IMG/VR virus record: IMGVR_UViG_3300009702_000021
Location: 1-64,000 of that record
Length of the DNA stretch: 64,000 nt
Source of the DNA: a virus
Reading direction: 5' to 3' (one strand)
How positions within the stretch are numbered: the stretch's first letter is position 1; every line of letters begins with the position of its first letter. Made by a program: the position numbers and the translations under genes. The notes under the pieces are model-generated. The model had not been told where the DNA came from and did no database searches. It saw nothing but the letters and a program-made list of their open reading frames with translations. Below are positions 49,321 through 58,241 of this stretch, one piece after another.

Positions 49321-52300
49321 ATGAGCAAGAGCAGGTTGACCCCGGTCCTGAAGGGCCTCAACCCCATAGAGAAGTCGAGAGTTGAGACCTGGGTGCCCAC
49401 GGACCGGGAGGGCCTGGTCGTTCGGGTCAGGGATCCCGGACCCGGTGAGGGGATCCCGGTCACCCTGATCGAGGACCTGACTGAGGTAGAGGTCCACGAC
49501 GAGACATCCGGTGCGTGGATCCGGGGCCGCGCCGCAGCACAGACTACCCCTGGCTGGCCCGTCACGCTGATCAAGGCCGTCGAGAGGATCCGCGCCGAGG
49601 CCGAGCGAGCCATGGTCTGCCCGGAGTGCGACAGCTACCTGATCCTCCGGGACCGGGACCTAGAGTGCGCGGAGTGCGGACTGTGCATGAACCCCGACTG
49701 CCCGAACTGCGGAGGCCGGACGGCCTTGCGGTACCGCAAGCTCAAGGGCCAGCCAGCCGACATCCCTCCGGCATTCTGGGCGTGCCGGGATGATGCCTGC
49801 GCCTCTGCGCTCCTGTGGGGCCAGCGAGACCCTCAACCACAGCAGGTCCCGGATAAGCCGTGGACGGAGCACGGGGAGAGGGAGGAGCAGATCGCGGAGG
49901 CGCGTGAGGTCCTAGATCACCCGCTGGTCTCGGAAGCCAATGCGGTCAAGAAGCTGCGAGTGATCCTCGACGAGAACCCCGACCGGGTCCTGCCACTGGT
50001 CCTCGGGGAGACCACGCCCTCAGGCAAGAAGACGGTCCAAGCCAGGCTCGAGGAAAAGCTGGCTGAGGAGCGCCGGCAGGGCAAGCCACGACGCCGGGTC
50101 AAGAGGCGTGCCCAGAAGGCACGCCGGGTCCAGCCCGGGGAGAAGCGTGAGGGTATCAAGTACTACGGCCCCGAGGACTCATTGCCTGGTCCGTCCGGGA
50201 CGTCCCTGGTCGAGGTCCCTGAGGACGATGAGACCTCCGTGGCGTCGTCTGTCTACCCACACCACCGGCTAGCTCATGCAGCGCTGAACCCGATCCAGTC
50301 GCGCGTCCTCGATGTCTATGACCGGAACTGCAACGTGGTGATCGCCGCCAGCACCAGTGCTGGTAAGACCCTCAGCGCTGAGATGGTCATGGGTGACGCC
50401 CTCGACCGCGGCGCCAAAGCGATCTTCCTCGCGCCGCTCCGGGCCGTCAGCCAGGAGAAGTACGACGACTGGTGCGATGAGGACCACCCGTGGTCAGAAC
50501 TAGGGGTCGAAATCTGCACGGGTGACTACACGATGAGCCAGGCGAAGCGGAAGGCCCTGCGCCGCGCCGACGTGATCGTGATGACATCTGAGATGCTCGA
50601 CTCCAAGACGCGTCGGATGGGGAGCGACGAGAACGGCTGGCTGATGGAGACACTCTGCGTGGTCGGCTCCTCCGGGATTGCACTTGCGGACGGGACTACG
50701 AAGACAATCAAGGAGATCGTGGAGGAGCGTCTCGAGATTGAGGTCTTAGCTTTCAATCACTCGATTGGGAAAGTCGTCAAGCGCAGGGTGACGGGATGGC
50801 ACAAGAACCGGTTAGGAGACAGGAATCTCGTTGAGATCACTTGCGGTACCGCAAGTCTGACCTGCACCGAAGATCATGAGATATACCAGCGAGGCGTGGG
50901 GTATACTGCTGCCAGGAAGCTCACATCTTCGAGCACGCTGGAGGTGCTGGATGCCGGTCAAGAAGGGACACAGATTCGGCGCGAAGCGCACGGTCGAGCT
51001 GACGGACATAGAGCGATCGGTTGTCATAGGGACACTGCTCGGAGACAGCTCACTATCGTGGGGAACAGGGAACCGGGTAAGTGCCAGAATGCGTGTGAGG
51101 AACAGCCTCGCACAGCGGGAGTTCGTGTTGTGGAAGTACGAGATGCTTCGGCGTCTTGTGCGGACTCCTCCGAAGGAGGCGCCGAATCGTGGATACAAGC
51201 GCGACGGAATGGCATTCGGATTTTCCACGAGGTCCTTCGGAGAGGACCTACTCAAGATCAAACAATTGATCGAACCCGGGAAGACGGTGACGCGCGATCT
51301 GCTGGACTTGTTGACGGAGCCAGAGGGACTGGCCGCGTGGTACATGGACGACGGATCGAGGTCGAGGGGGGCGAGTCTCGTACTACATACACAGTCAATG
51401 ACTGCCGACGAGGTGCGGTTGACGTCGCGTTGGCTCAGGGAGGAGTGGAATATCGAGACCAGGCCGATGTCGGTCAAGAACAGAGCCTACGAGGTGCTAC
51501 GTATTCCGGCGGAATCAGGCGAGCGGTTTATGGATATCGTGAGACCATTCGTGACCGGGATAACATGCATGGAGCACAAGGTATTGCACAGGAGAGAGTC
51601 GCTGTTCTGCACGATGTGCGGCACAGGGTTCGAGGCAACGAGGCGTCAGATCCAGCGCGAGACGAGACTTGTCACCTGCCGGTCCGAGGACTGCATGAGG
51701 GCCCTAGCCCGTATGATTCAGAGACTGAACGACGCGAGGATCGGTTCGTCTACGACCTAACCGTCGAGGGTGAGCACAACTACTTCGCCGAGGGAGTCCT
51801 GGTCCACAACTGCGTGGTCGTTGACGAGGCTCACCTGCTAACGATGAAGGACCGCGGCGACGCCTTGGAGTGCGGACTCGAGCGATTCACTCGGTTCAAC
51901 CCCCACGCTAGGATCGTCCTCCTCAGCGCGACCATGCCGAACGTCCATGAGCTAGGGTCCTGGCTGACCCGCCTGAACGGGAAGCCGACCCGCCTTGTCC
52001 AGAGCGCGTGGCGTCCCACCAAGCTGACCGTTCACCCCGTGCCGTACGACCACCAGACGTCGGGTTACAGCTACCACAAGAACGAGGACTCCAAGCGGGC
52101 TAAGGCGATCGAGCTGCTCCAGAAGTACAGCGAGGACAAGTGGATCGTCTTCGTCCACACGAAGAAGATGGGCCACGCCCTGCTGGCCCAGCTACGGGAC
52201 CGGCACGAGCCAGCCGAATTCCATAGCGCTGACCTCACCCGAGACAACAGGCTCCGGCTCGAGGACCGGTTCAGGCACGGAGACCTCAGGGTCGTCGTAG

Positions 52301-53391
52301 CCACTTCGACCCTGGCCTACGGCATCAACATGCCGGCGCGACGGGTCATGGTCGTCGGAATCCACCGCGGCCTGGAGAAGGTCGCACCGCTAGACGTACT
52401 CCAGATGTTCGGGCGGGCCGGGCGAGTGGGCCTCGACCCTGAAGGCGATGCCTACCTACTGGTCCCGGAGACCCGTGATCCACGCGAGTTCGACCGGACC
52501 GTCGAGGCCTACTCGAAGCCAGGTCTGATCGAGAGCCAGCTGAACGAACTGCACACGCTGGCCTTCCACTTGACGGCGGAGGTAGCCGAGGGGTCAGTGA
52601 GGACGACCGCGGATGCAGTTGCCTGGCACGCCCGTTCGCTCGCGGCACAGCAGGGCCGGGGTCTTGACCAGGAAGGGAAGGTGCTCAGCGCCTCCCGGGT
52701 AATGCATGACCTCTGCCAGTGCGGCGTCCTCAAGGAGGAGGACGGGAGCTATGAGGCGACACAGCTCGGTCACGTCGCGAGCCGACTCTACTACAGTCCG
52801 TTCGACGTAGCTGACTGGGCGTCCAACTTCCGCTGGGCCGCGGAGCGGGATAAGCACCACAACGATGACGTGGTCGCGTGGGCGCTCGGGAACGTCCGGT
52901 CGGCCTATTCCAAGAGCTACTTGCCGAAGGAACACGCTGGTGACATGGGAGACCTCGAGTGGCGCCTAGGACAGGTCGGAGTGGACCGGGCCTCCAACCT
53001 CCCGCCCGCTTGCCTGGCTTTCCGTGGGATGATCGAGGGGACCAAGTACAGGGCGATGTCGTCCTATCAGCGCCAGCTAGAGTACGACGCCGACAGGATC
53101 ATGCAGGCGATCACCATGATCGACGCTCGGGTGCTCAAGTCGCTCGGGAAGACCTACTGTGACGGCCTGGGTATGCGACTTCGCTACGGGTGCTCCTGGG
53201 AGGAGGCCGACCTGTGTCACATCCCCGGGGTAGGCTCCCGCCGCGCACGGCAACTGGCTGCCGCGGGAGTCAGTGGGGTAATGGACGTCCTGGAGAATCG
53301 CAAGAAGGTGGTCGACGCACTCGGGAGCAAGATCGCGCAGAGCGTGATCCGCGGGGCTAAGGAGGTTGCCAGGAAGCGTGGAGCGCGTTGA
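49321..53391 (+). CDS. Ski2/Hel308-like SF2 helicase with N-terminal Zn ribbons and an intein
   Basis: LNPIQ, ASTSAGKT, VVVDEAH, LSAT, ATSTLAYGINMPAR, QMFGRAGR and a C-terminal HhH; exact start uncertain. Confidence 0.92.
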   Translation: MSKSRLTPVLKGLNPIEKSRVETWVPTDREGLVVRVRDPGPGEGIPVTLIEDLTEVEVHDETSGAWIRGRAAAQTTPGWPVTLIKAVERIRAEAERAMVCPECDSYLILRDRDLECAECGLCMNPDCPNCGGRTALRYRKLKGQPADIPPAFWACRDDACASALLWGQRDPQPQQVPDKPWTEHGEREEQIAEAREVLDHPLVSEANAVKKLRVILDENPDRVLPLVLGETTPSGKKTVQARLEEKLAEERRQGKPRRRVKRRAQKARRVQPGEKREGIKYYGPEDSLPGPSGTSLVEVPEDDETSVASSVYPHHRLAHAALNPIQSRVLDVYDRNCNVVIAASTSAGKTLSAEMVMGDALDRGAKAIFLAPLRAVSQEKYDDWCDEDHPWSELGVEICTGDYTMSQAKRKALRRADVIVMTSEMLDSKTRRMGSDENGWLMETLCVVGSSGIALADGTTKTIKEIVEERLEIEVLAFNHSIGKVVKRRVTGWHKNRLGDRNLVEITCGTASLTCTEDHEIYQRGVGYTAARKLTSSSTLEVLDAGQEGTQIRREAHGRADGHRAIGCHRDTARRQLTIVGNREPGKCQNACEEQPRTAGVRVVEVRDASASCADSSEGGAESWIQARRNGIRIFHEVLRRGPTQDQTIDRTREDGDARSAGLVDGARGTGRVVHGRRIEVEGGESRTTYTVNDCRRGAVDVALAQGGVEYRDQADVGQEQSLRGATYSGGIRRAVYGYRETIRDRDNMHGAQGIAQERVAVLHDVRHRVRGNEASDPARDETCHLPVRGLHEGPSPYDSETERREDRFVYDLTVEGEHNYFAEGVLVHNCVVVDEAHLLTMKDRGDALECGLERFTRFNPHARIVLLSATMPNVHELGSWLTRLNGKPTRLVQSAWRPTKLTVHPVPYDHQTSGYSYHKNEDSKRAKAIELLQKYSEDKWIVFVHTKKMGHALLAQLRDRHEPAEFHSADLTRDNRLRLEDRFRHGDLRVVVATSTLAYGINMPARRVMVVGIHRGLEKVAPLDVLQMFGRAGRVGLDPEGDAYLLVPETRDPREFDRTVEAYSKPGLIESQLNELHTLAFHLTAEVAEGSVRTTADAVAWHARSLAAQQGRGLDQEGKVLSASRVMHDLCQCGVLKEEDGSYEATQLGHVASRLYYSPFDVADWASNFRWAAERDKHHNDDVVAWALGNVRSAYSKSYLPKEHAGDMGDLEWRLGQVGVDRASNLPPACLAFRGMIEGTKYRAMSSYQRQLEYDADRIMQAITMIDARVLKSLGKTYCDGLGMRLRYGCSWEEADLCHIPGVGSRRARQLAAAGVSGVMDVLENRKKVVDALGSKIAQSVIRGAKEVARKRGAR
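50656..51810 (+). mobile_element. intein (385 aa) before Walker B, carrying an out-of-frame nested endonuclease gene
   Basis: L|CVVGSS...CTEDHEI...VYDLTVEGEHNYFAEGVLVHN|C. Confidence 0.92.
50951..51760 (+). CDS. nested LAGLIDADG homing endonuclease (+1 frame within the intein)
   Basis: SD GGAGGT 50940-50945 then ATG; IGTLLGDSS and LAAWYMDDGS motifs; C-terminal CxxC...CxxxxC. Confidence 0.88.
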   Translation: MPVKKGHRFGAKRTVELTDIERSVVIGTLLGDSSLSWGTGNRVSARMRVRNSLAQREFVLWKYEMLRRLVRTPPKEAPNRGYKRDGMAFGFSTRSFGEDLLKIKQLIEPGKTVTRDLLDLLTEPEGLAAWYMDDGSRSRGASLVLHTQSMTADEVRLTSRWLREEWNIETRPMSVKNRAYEVLRIPAESGERFMDIVRPFVTGITCMEHKVLHRRESLFCTMCGTGFEATRRQIQRETRLVTCRSEDCMRALARMIQRLNDARIGSSTT

Positions 53392-53402
53392 GGATTTTAG
53401 GG

Positions 53403-53431
53403 TAGACAGCCGGCTATATACCGGCTATACT
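53403..53431 (+). promoter_or_regulatory. sigma70-type promoter (copy 3)
   Basis: TAGACA-17bp-TATACT in an intergenic gap. Confidence 0.75.
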
Positions 53432-53459
53432 CTGACTAGATTAGAGTTAGAGGTGAGCT

Positions 53460-53717
53460 ATGGCAAAGAAGCGAATCAAGCGACCGAACAACCCCGCTGG
53501 GGATGCGGTACCGCAAACTCCGACCATCATAGTCAATGACCCTACGTCCTCGGTTGACTTTAGCCGTGACGCTAAGGGGCAGCCCCGTTGGACCATCAAG
53601 GTCTATGGGGATGCTGACCAGATGGACGAGGTCCTCGATGAGGTCCTCCGGCTCGACCGGGAGCTACTCCGCCGCACCACCATCGGGGAACAGAGAGAGG
53701 ACCCCGACGATGAGTAA
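53460..53717 (+). CDS. hypothetical protein
   Basis: SD GAGGT; first gene after promoter copy 3. Confidence 0.6.
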   Translation: MAKKRIKRPNNPAGDAVPQTPTIIVNDPTSSVDFSRDAKGQPRWTIKVYGDADQMDEVLDEVLRLDRELLRRTTIGEQREDPDDE

Positions 53718-54162
53718 GAACAGGATCAGACGGCGCAAGAAGGCTCGGAGAAAGCGCCCACAGGATCGCTCGAGTGGTAGTCCCGAGGGGTTGACCATGG
53801 ATGAGATGCTGAACCGGATCAACGAGGCCAAGGACCCGACGTGGATGACGACTGATGAGGTCAGGCACGTCTTCAACGACTGCCACGTCGTCACGGTCTA
53901 CAAGATGAACGCCCGGAAGGAGTTGACTCCCTACAGGAGGAGGTCAACGGGACCGTCCAATTACTACAGGCGCGATCAGGTCGAGAGCGCCGTTAGGCGC
54001 CGGTTCCAGCTGGTCCAGGCAAGCAGCGACAGCACAGGGAGTGATGATGGGGCAGTCTACGAGACGGGCGTCCTTCGGGGAGCCAGGGGTCGTCCTCGCA
54101 AGAGCCAGAACGACGACACGAAGCCGCGCCGGAAGGCCAAGCGACGGAACAAGCCCAGGTGA
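53710..54162 (+). CDS. excisionase/MerR-like helix-turn-helix protein
   Basis: WMTTDEV......VTVYK....EL......YYRRDQVE motif. Confidence 0.7.
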   Translation: MSKNRIRRRKKARRKRPQDRSSGSPEGLTMDEMLNRINEAKDPTWMTTDEVRHVFNDCHVVTVYKMNARKELTPYRRRSTGPSNYYRRDQVESAVRRRFQLVQASSDSTGSDDGAVYETGVLRGARGRPRKSQNDDTKPRRKAKRRNKPR

Positions 54163-54742
54163 CCTGCTCACGGTCGAGACTACGGTTAGGAATCTGGCCT
54201 ATCAGATGCGCCGAAACATCCCACTGCTCCGTGACCTCGACAACGAGGACCTGGTCCAGGAGTGCTACGTGAAGGCCCTCACGAGCCTAGACCACTATGA
54301 CCCTAGGCTCTCATCGCTCAAGACGTGGACCGTAGGGATCGCTAGGAATCACCTGGTGAGCGTGGCCCGCAGGATTGGATCACGGCCCCAGGTAAACCGG
54401 GAGGACATTGAGATAGTCTCCGGCGTGCCTGGCTCAGCGGATCCGTCCTATGAGCCAGATATTGGTCGCAGGGTCGTGCTACGTTCCCAGACCAAGGAGA
54501 TGCTCGGGTGGCTCTCGCAGTGTCCCGACGGGATCGACCAGGGGTGGGCGGTCCTGAACCTCCTACTCAAGACGAACGCTAACTGGAGCTACACCGCCAA
54601 CGCCCTCTGCATCCACACCGGGCAGGCATGGACCACTGAACGCGTGCGCAATGTGGTGCGCGCGATCAAGAAGACTCCTCGCGGACAAGCGCTGTGCGAC
54701 TCCCTGGGAATCCGTATCGACAACGACAACGAAGGAGACTGA
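54041..54742 (+). CDS. ECF-like RNA polymerase sigma factor (start uncertain)
   Basis: EDLVQECYVKAL.....YDP...L.TW...IARN region-2 motif. Confidence 0.75.
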   Translation: MMMGQSTRRASFGEPGVVLARARTTTRSRAGRPSDGTSPGDLLTVETTVRNLAYQMRRNIPLLRDLDNEDLVQECYVKALTSLDHYDPRLSSLKTWTVGIARNHLVSVARRIGSRPQVNREDIEIVSGVPGSADPSYEPDIGRRVVLRSQTKEMLGWLSQCPDGIDQGWAVLNLLLKTNANWSYTANALCIHTGQAWTTERVRNVVRAIKKTPRGQALCDSLGIRIDNDNEGD

Positions 54743-54743
54743 A

Positions 54744-56117
54744 ATGGCTCGGGTTGCTACCAAGAAGACCAACAAGAAGGCTGACCCTCTCGATGACCTC
54801 GAGCGCGAGATCGCGGAAGACCTCGAGAGCGAGTTCGACCCGGAGGACCTCGATGGGGACGAAGCGCCGGCCAACGAGGCCAGTAAGCCGGCGAAGGCCC
54901 TGTTGGGGCAGATCGTCAGCTTCACCAACGATGAGGGGGCGACGATCACCGGTAAGGTGATCGAGGCCGGCCTCACCGACGAGGACACCAACGAGTTTGA
55001 CCCGGACGGCGTGACCGTCGAGGACGAGGAGGCGTTCTGGGACACGACGCACGACCAGTGTACTGTTCACGGCGGCAAGAAGGACTCCGGTAAGAAGGCA
55101 CCGGCAAAGACTTCCGGCCGTAAGCCTAAGGCCGCCAAGTCGTCGGCCAAGACGGAGGACAAGGACGGGACTGGGGCGCGTGAGCGCCGCATGATCGAGG
55201 TCGGCAAGGTCAAGGTGTCGCGCGACAAGCCACGCGACGTCGACAAGGAGTCGCCGCGCTACAAGCGGATCCTGGCGGACATCAAGAAGCGCGGTCAGCG
55301 CCATCCGATCGACGTCGAGTCGTTCAGCAAGCCCACGCTGATCGACGGGCTCCGTCGGCTCTCCATCGCTGAGGACCTGGGCTGGACCCACATCGAGTGC
55401 CAGGAGGACGAGAAGGTCGAGGACGCGGACGACCGGCTGTTCCACGGCCTGATGGACAACGAGGCCAGGGAGGAGATGAGCTGGGTCGACATCGGCCGCA
55501 CGACGGCCAAGCTCGTCAACGGGGGTAAGTACTCCCAGCGGAAGATCGCCCGGAGCCTCGGGCTCAGCGAGTCGCAACTGTCCAAGATGGTCAGCGCCGT
55601 CTCCAAGAAGGGGCTGCCGAAGAAGCTGCTTTCCATCGCGGAGAACGGGTCGGTTGACCCCGGTGACGAGAAGCACTCCAACTACTCGATGTCGGTCTTC
55701 CTGGAGTTGCCGACGGCGTCGAAGAAGGTCCAGGACCAGGTCTACGAGCTGATGTCTGATGGCAAGCCCTGTTCGCTCCAGGACCTCCGCAACCTCAAGA
55801 AGGCCGACAAGAAGGAGCGCCAGGCGGCTGGCGAGGACGTCGGTGAGGATCGCCCGAGCAGCAGCAGCGGTGCGTCCTCCTCGACCTACCAGGCGGTCAA
55901 GGTGGGCGACTGGATCGAGTTCAAGGTCGTCCAGGACGAGGTCGTGGTCAAGGTCACCCTCGACTGGCCGAAGAAGACGTTCCGGGGCTTCGACCCGGTC
56001 CAGGAGATCAAGGAGGCCCTCGAGGTCGCCTACGGGGACGAGAACAAGGCCGACAGCATCGACTCCGACAAGGCGCTCGGGACGGCCCTCTCGCGGGCCA
56101 AGAAGGAGCTGGCCTAG
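54744..56117 (+). CDS. ParB/Spo0J-family protein with an acidic N-terminal extension
   Basis: I...GQ.HPI.V...LIDGLRRL, DN.ARE and HTH SQRKIARSLGLSESQLSK. Confidence 0.88.
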   Translation: MARVATKKTNKKADPLDDLEREIAEDLESEFDPEDLDGDEAPANEASKPAKALLGQIVSFTNDEGATITGKVIEAGLTDEDTNEFDPDGVTVEDEEAFWDTTHDQCTVHGGKKDSGKKAPAKTSGRKPKAAKSSAKTEDKDGTGARERRMIEVGKVKVSRDKPRDVDKESPRYKRILADIKKRGQRHPIDVESFSKPTLIDGLRRLSIAEDLGWTHIECQEDEKVEDADDRLFHGLMDNEAREEMSWVDIGRTTAKLVNGGKYSQRKIARSLGLSESQLSKMVSAVSKKGLPKKLLSIAENGSVDPGDEKHSNYSMSVFLELPTASKKVQDQVYELMSDGKPCSLQDLRNLKKADKKERQAAGEDVGEDRPSSSSGASSSTYQAVKVGDWIEFKVVQDEVVVKVTLDWPKKTFRGFDPVQEIKEALEVAYGDENKADSIDSDKALGTALSRAKKELA

Positions 56118-56137
56118 CAGGGTCCAGGGGCCGAGAC

Positions 56138-56668
56138 GTGGCGGCGAAGCGCGCACGTAGGGTGGAGAGGAAGCCGGACGACGTCCGGCGGTCCACTCCG
56201 GTCGACCCGGACAGGGTCGCTGGCCTGCACCGCAGGCTCGCGGTCCTCCGGGTCCGGCACGAGGATCCAGATGAGATGGACGCCTCGTCCCTCCGCACGC
56301 AGTTCGTAGCGATCCGCCGGTCGCGAAACGTGATCCAGCGGATAGTCTCACGCCTCAGCCCACGGCTCGGACAGCTACGTGCCGACGCCTCTCGGATCGA
56401 GGCCGTCATAGCGGCGGAAGCAGCAGAGTTGTCCCTGCCCACCAACGCTGCGCTCGACGGGTGCCGGAACGAGTCCCAGAGGAAGGCCCTGCTGCGGTCT
56501 TACCTCCAGGAGTGGTACGAGGCGAGGGAGGACGTGCGTGCGGACCTCCTGCTCATCGAGGAAGTGATGACGCACGCGAAATGGGTCCGCGAGGAGATGA
56601 AGTACGCGTTCGAGGAAACGAGTCGGAGCCTCGCGGCTATCGAGATGGACTACAAATACGAGCGGTGA
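56138..56668 (+). CDS. coiled-coil protein (UvsY-like, tentative)
   Basis: All-helical; next to the SSB gene. Confidence 0.45.
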   Translation: MAAKRARRVERKPDDVRRSTPVDPDRVAGLHRRLAVLRVRHEDPDEMDASSLRTQFVAIRRSRNVIQRIVSRLSPRLGQLRADASRIEAVIAAEAAELSLPTNAALDGCRNESQRKALLRSYLQEWYEAREDVRADLLLIEEVMTHAKWVREEMKYAFEETSRSLAAIEMDYKYER

Positions 56669-56702
56669 CCTTGCGGTACCGCTAACAGCAAAGGAGCCAG
56701 AG

Positions 56703-57512
56703 ATGCCACGCACAGTCGGATGGGAAGACAAGTCGATCACTGGAGGCCGGGGAGGGCCAGACAAGGAGCGCAGGTTCCGGGGCGTAAAGGGGACGACGTT
56801 CGTCGTCAGGGTCGTCACGGACTGTGAGGAGTACCGGAAGCACTTCGTCGATGACGTGTTGGAGCCGAGCAAGAGTGGCGAGGCCAGGGGGTTCAACATG
56901 AACTGCTCGAAGACCTGGAACGACGAGCTGGAGGACTACGACGGAGAGTGCATCGGCTGCGAACGGGAGTACGAGACCTCGACCAGCTACATCGCCGGCA
57001 TCCTGGTGCTCGGGTTCTACAAGGGCCGGTCGACGCGCGTGCAGCGGCAGGACCCCGAGAACGCGGTCCACTACTGGGACTTCGGTCCGGACAAGTACCG
57101 CCAGATCAGCGACATCGTTCTGGACCTCCAGCGGAGCAAGAAGCCGAAGAAGTTGGCCCAGGTGGAGCTGACGGTGAAGTGCGAGGACGAGCACTACCAG
57201 AAGTTGAACATCGCGATCGGAACTGGAGACCCGATCATGGACAAGGAGAACGCCCGCGACTACCTCGACTGCTGGAAGGAGGAGGGCCCCGCGCTGATCA
57301 AGGCCGCCTCGGAGGCTCCCAGCATCGCGGAGCAGAAGCGTCGGCTCAAGCCCAAGCGGAAGCGCGATGATGACCGTGGTGATGGCAGTGAGGACGAGAA
57401 GCGGACGAACAAGAGGACTCCCAAGCGCCGGAGCAAGAAGCCAGACCCGGAGCCGGACGATGACCAGGACGGAGGTGACGAGGACCTCGACTCCCTGCTG
57501 GATGACATCTAG
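56703..57512 (+). CDS. ssDNA-binding protein (gp32-like)
   Basis: H/C Zn ligands (C...CIGC), OB-like core and an acidic tail DLDSLLDDI. Confidence 0.7.
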   Translation: MPRTVGWEDKSITGGRGGPDKERRFRGVKGTTFVVRVVTDCEEYRKHFVDDVLEPSKSGEARGFNMNCSKTWNDELEDYDGECIGCEREYETSTSYIAGILVLGFYKGRSTRVQRQDPENAVHYWDFGPDKYRQISDIVLDLQRSKKPKKLAQVELTVKCEDEHYQKLNIAIGTGDPIMDKENARDYLDCWKEEGPALIKAASEAPSIAEQKRRLKPKRKRDDDRGDGSEDEKRTNKRTPKRRSKKPDPEPDDDQDGGDEDLDSLLDDI

Positions 57513-57515
57513 GGA

Positions 57516-57551
57516 TCTTGGTGGGGCCTGCTCAGTCAGGCCCCACCAAGA
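57516..57551. terminator. 15-bp stem hairpin (terminator or processing site)
   Basis: TCTTGGTGGGGCCTG-ctcagt-CAGGCCCCACCAAGA; no U tract. Confidence 0.6.
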
Positions 57552-57588
57552 CCTGACCTTGCGGTACCGCAAAGTGAAGGAGGTTGAA

Positions 57589-58029
57589 GTGTTCAAGACG
57601 ACGCTAAAGCTGGCCGGGGTCACGTTCCCTAACCCGGACGGGACTGCGCGTCAGGACATCCTAGGGGTGCTCTATGACGAGTACTGGACTGAGGACCTGG
57701 AGCAGGAGATCAAGCTGGAGCTACGGCCGGAGCCGGACAACAAGTACGACAGCAACGCCGTCGCTGTGTTCTGCACTGCCCCTGAGGATGCCGTGGGCCA
57801 GATCGGCTACGTCCCGGCGGAGCAGGCCGCGATGGTCGGTACTGCTATCACGGAGGGACGCCTGAGGTCAGCCGAGTTCGATGAGATGGGCTGTGCCCGT
57901 GGTAACCGAATCTGGGCACGTCTCCACATTGAGATGAGGTCAGAGCATGACTCCCCAGAGGACCCGTTCGGGGACGACGCCGAGTTCCTGACGGACGAGG
58001 ACGGGACGACCTACAGGGTTATCGGATAA
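57589..58029 (+). CDS. HIRAN domain protein
   Basis: AGVTF, L.PEPDN.YD.NAVAV and IGYVP motifs. Confidence 0.88.
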   Translation: MFKTTLKLAGVTFPNPDGTARQDILGVLYDEYWTEDLEQEIKLELRPEPDNKYDSNAVAVFCTAPEDAVGQIGYVPAEQAAMVGTAITEGRLRSAEFDEMGCARGNRIWARLHIEMRSEHDSPEDPFGDDAEFLTDEDGTTYRVIG

Positions 58030-58167
58030 GGACTCATGTAGATCGACTGGGACACGGTGAAGCAACTCCACATGAGGCTCGACAACGCGCGGGACGATTA
58101 TAGGCTCAAGGAGGAGCGCGGATAGAGGCCCATGATGAGGAGACGAAGGCTAGGAACAACAAGACAA

Positions 58168-58239
58168 AGCGGTGTAGCTCAGTGGTAGAGCGGCGGTCTT
58201 ATGAGCCGTTAGCCGGGGGTTCGATCCCCTCCATCGCCA
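58168..58239 (+). tRNA. tRNA-Ile(UAU)
   Basis: Cloverleaf with D arm GCTC/GAGC, anticodon loop CT-TAT-GA (58200-58202) and T loop TTCGATC; A1-C72 mismatch; no encoded CCA. Confidence 0.85.
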
Positions 58240-58241
58240 AT

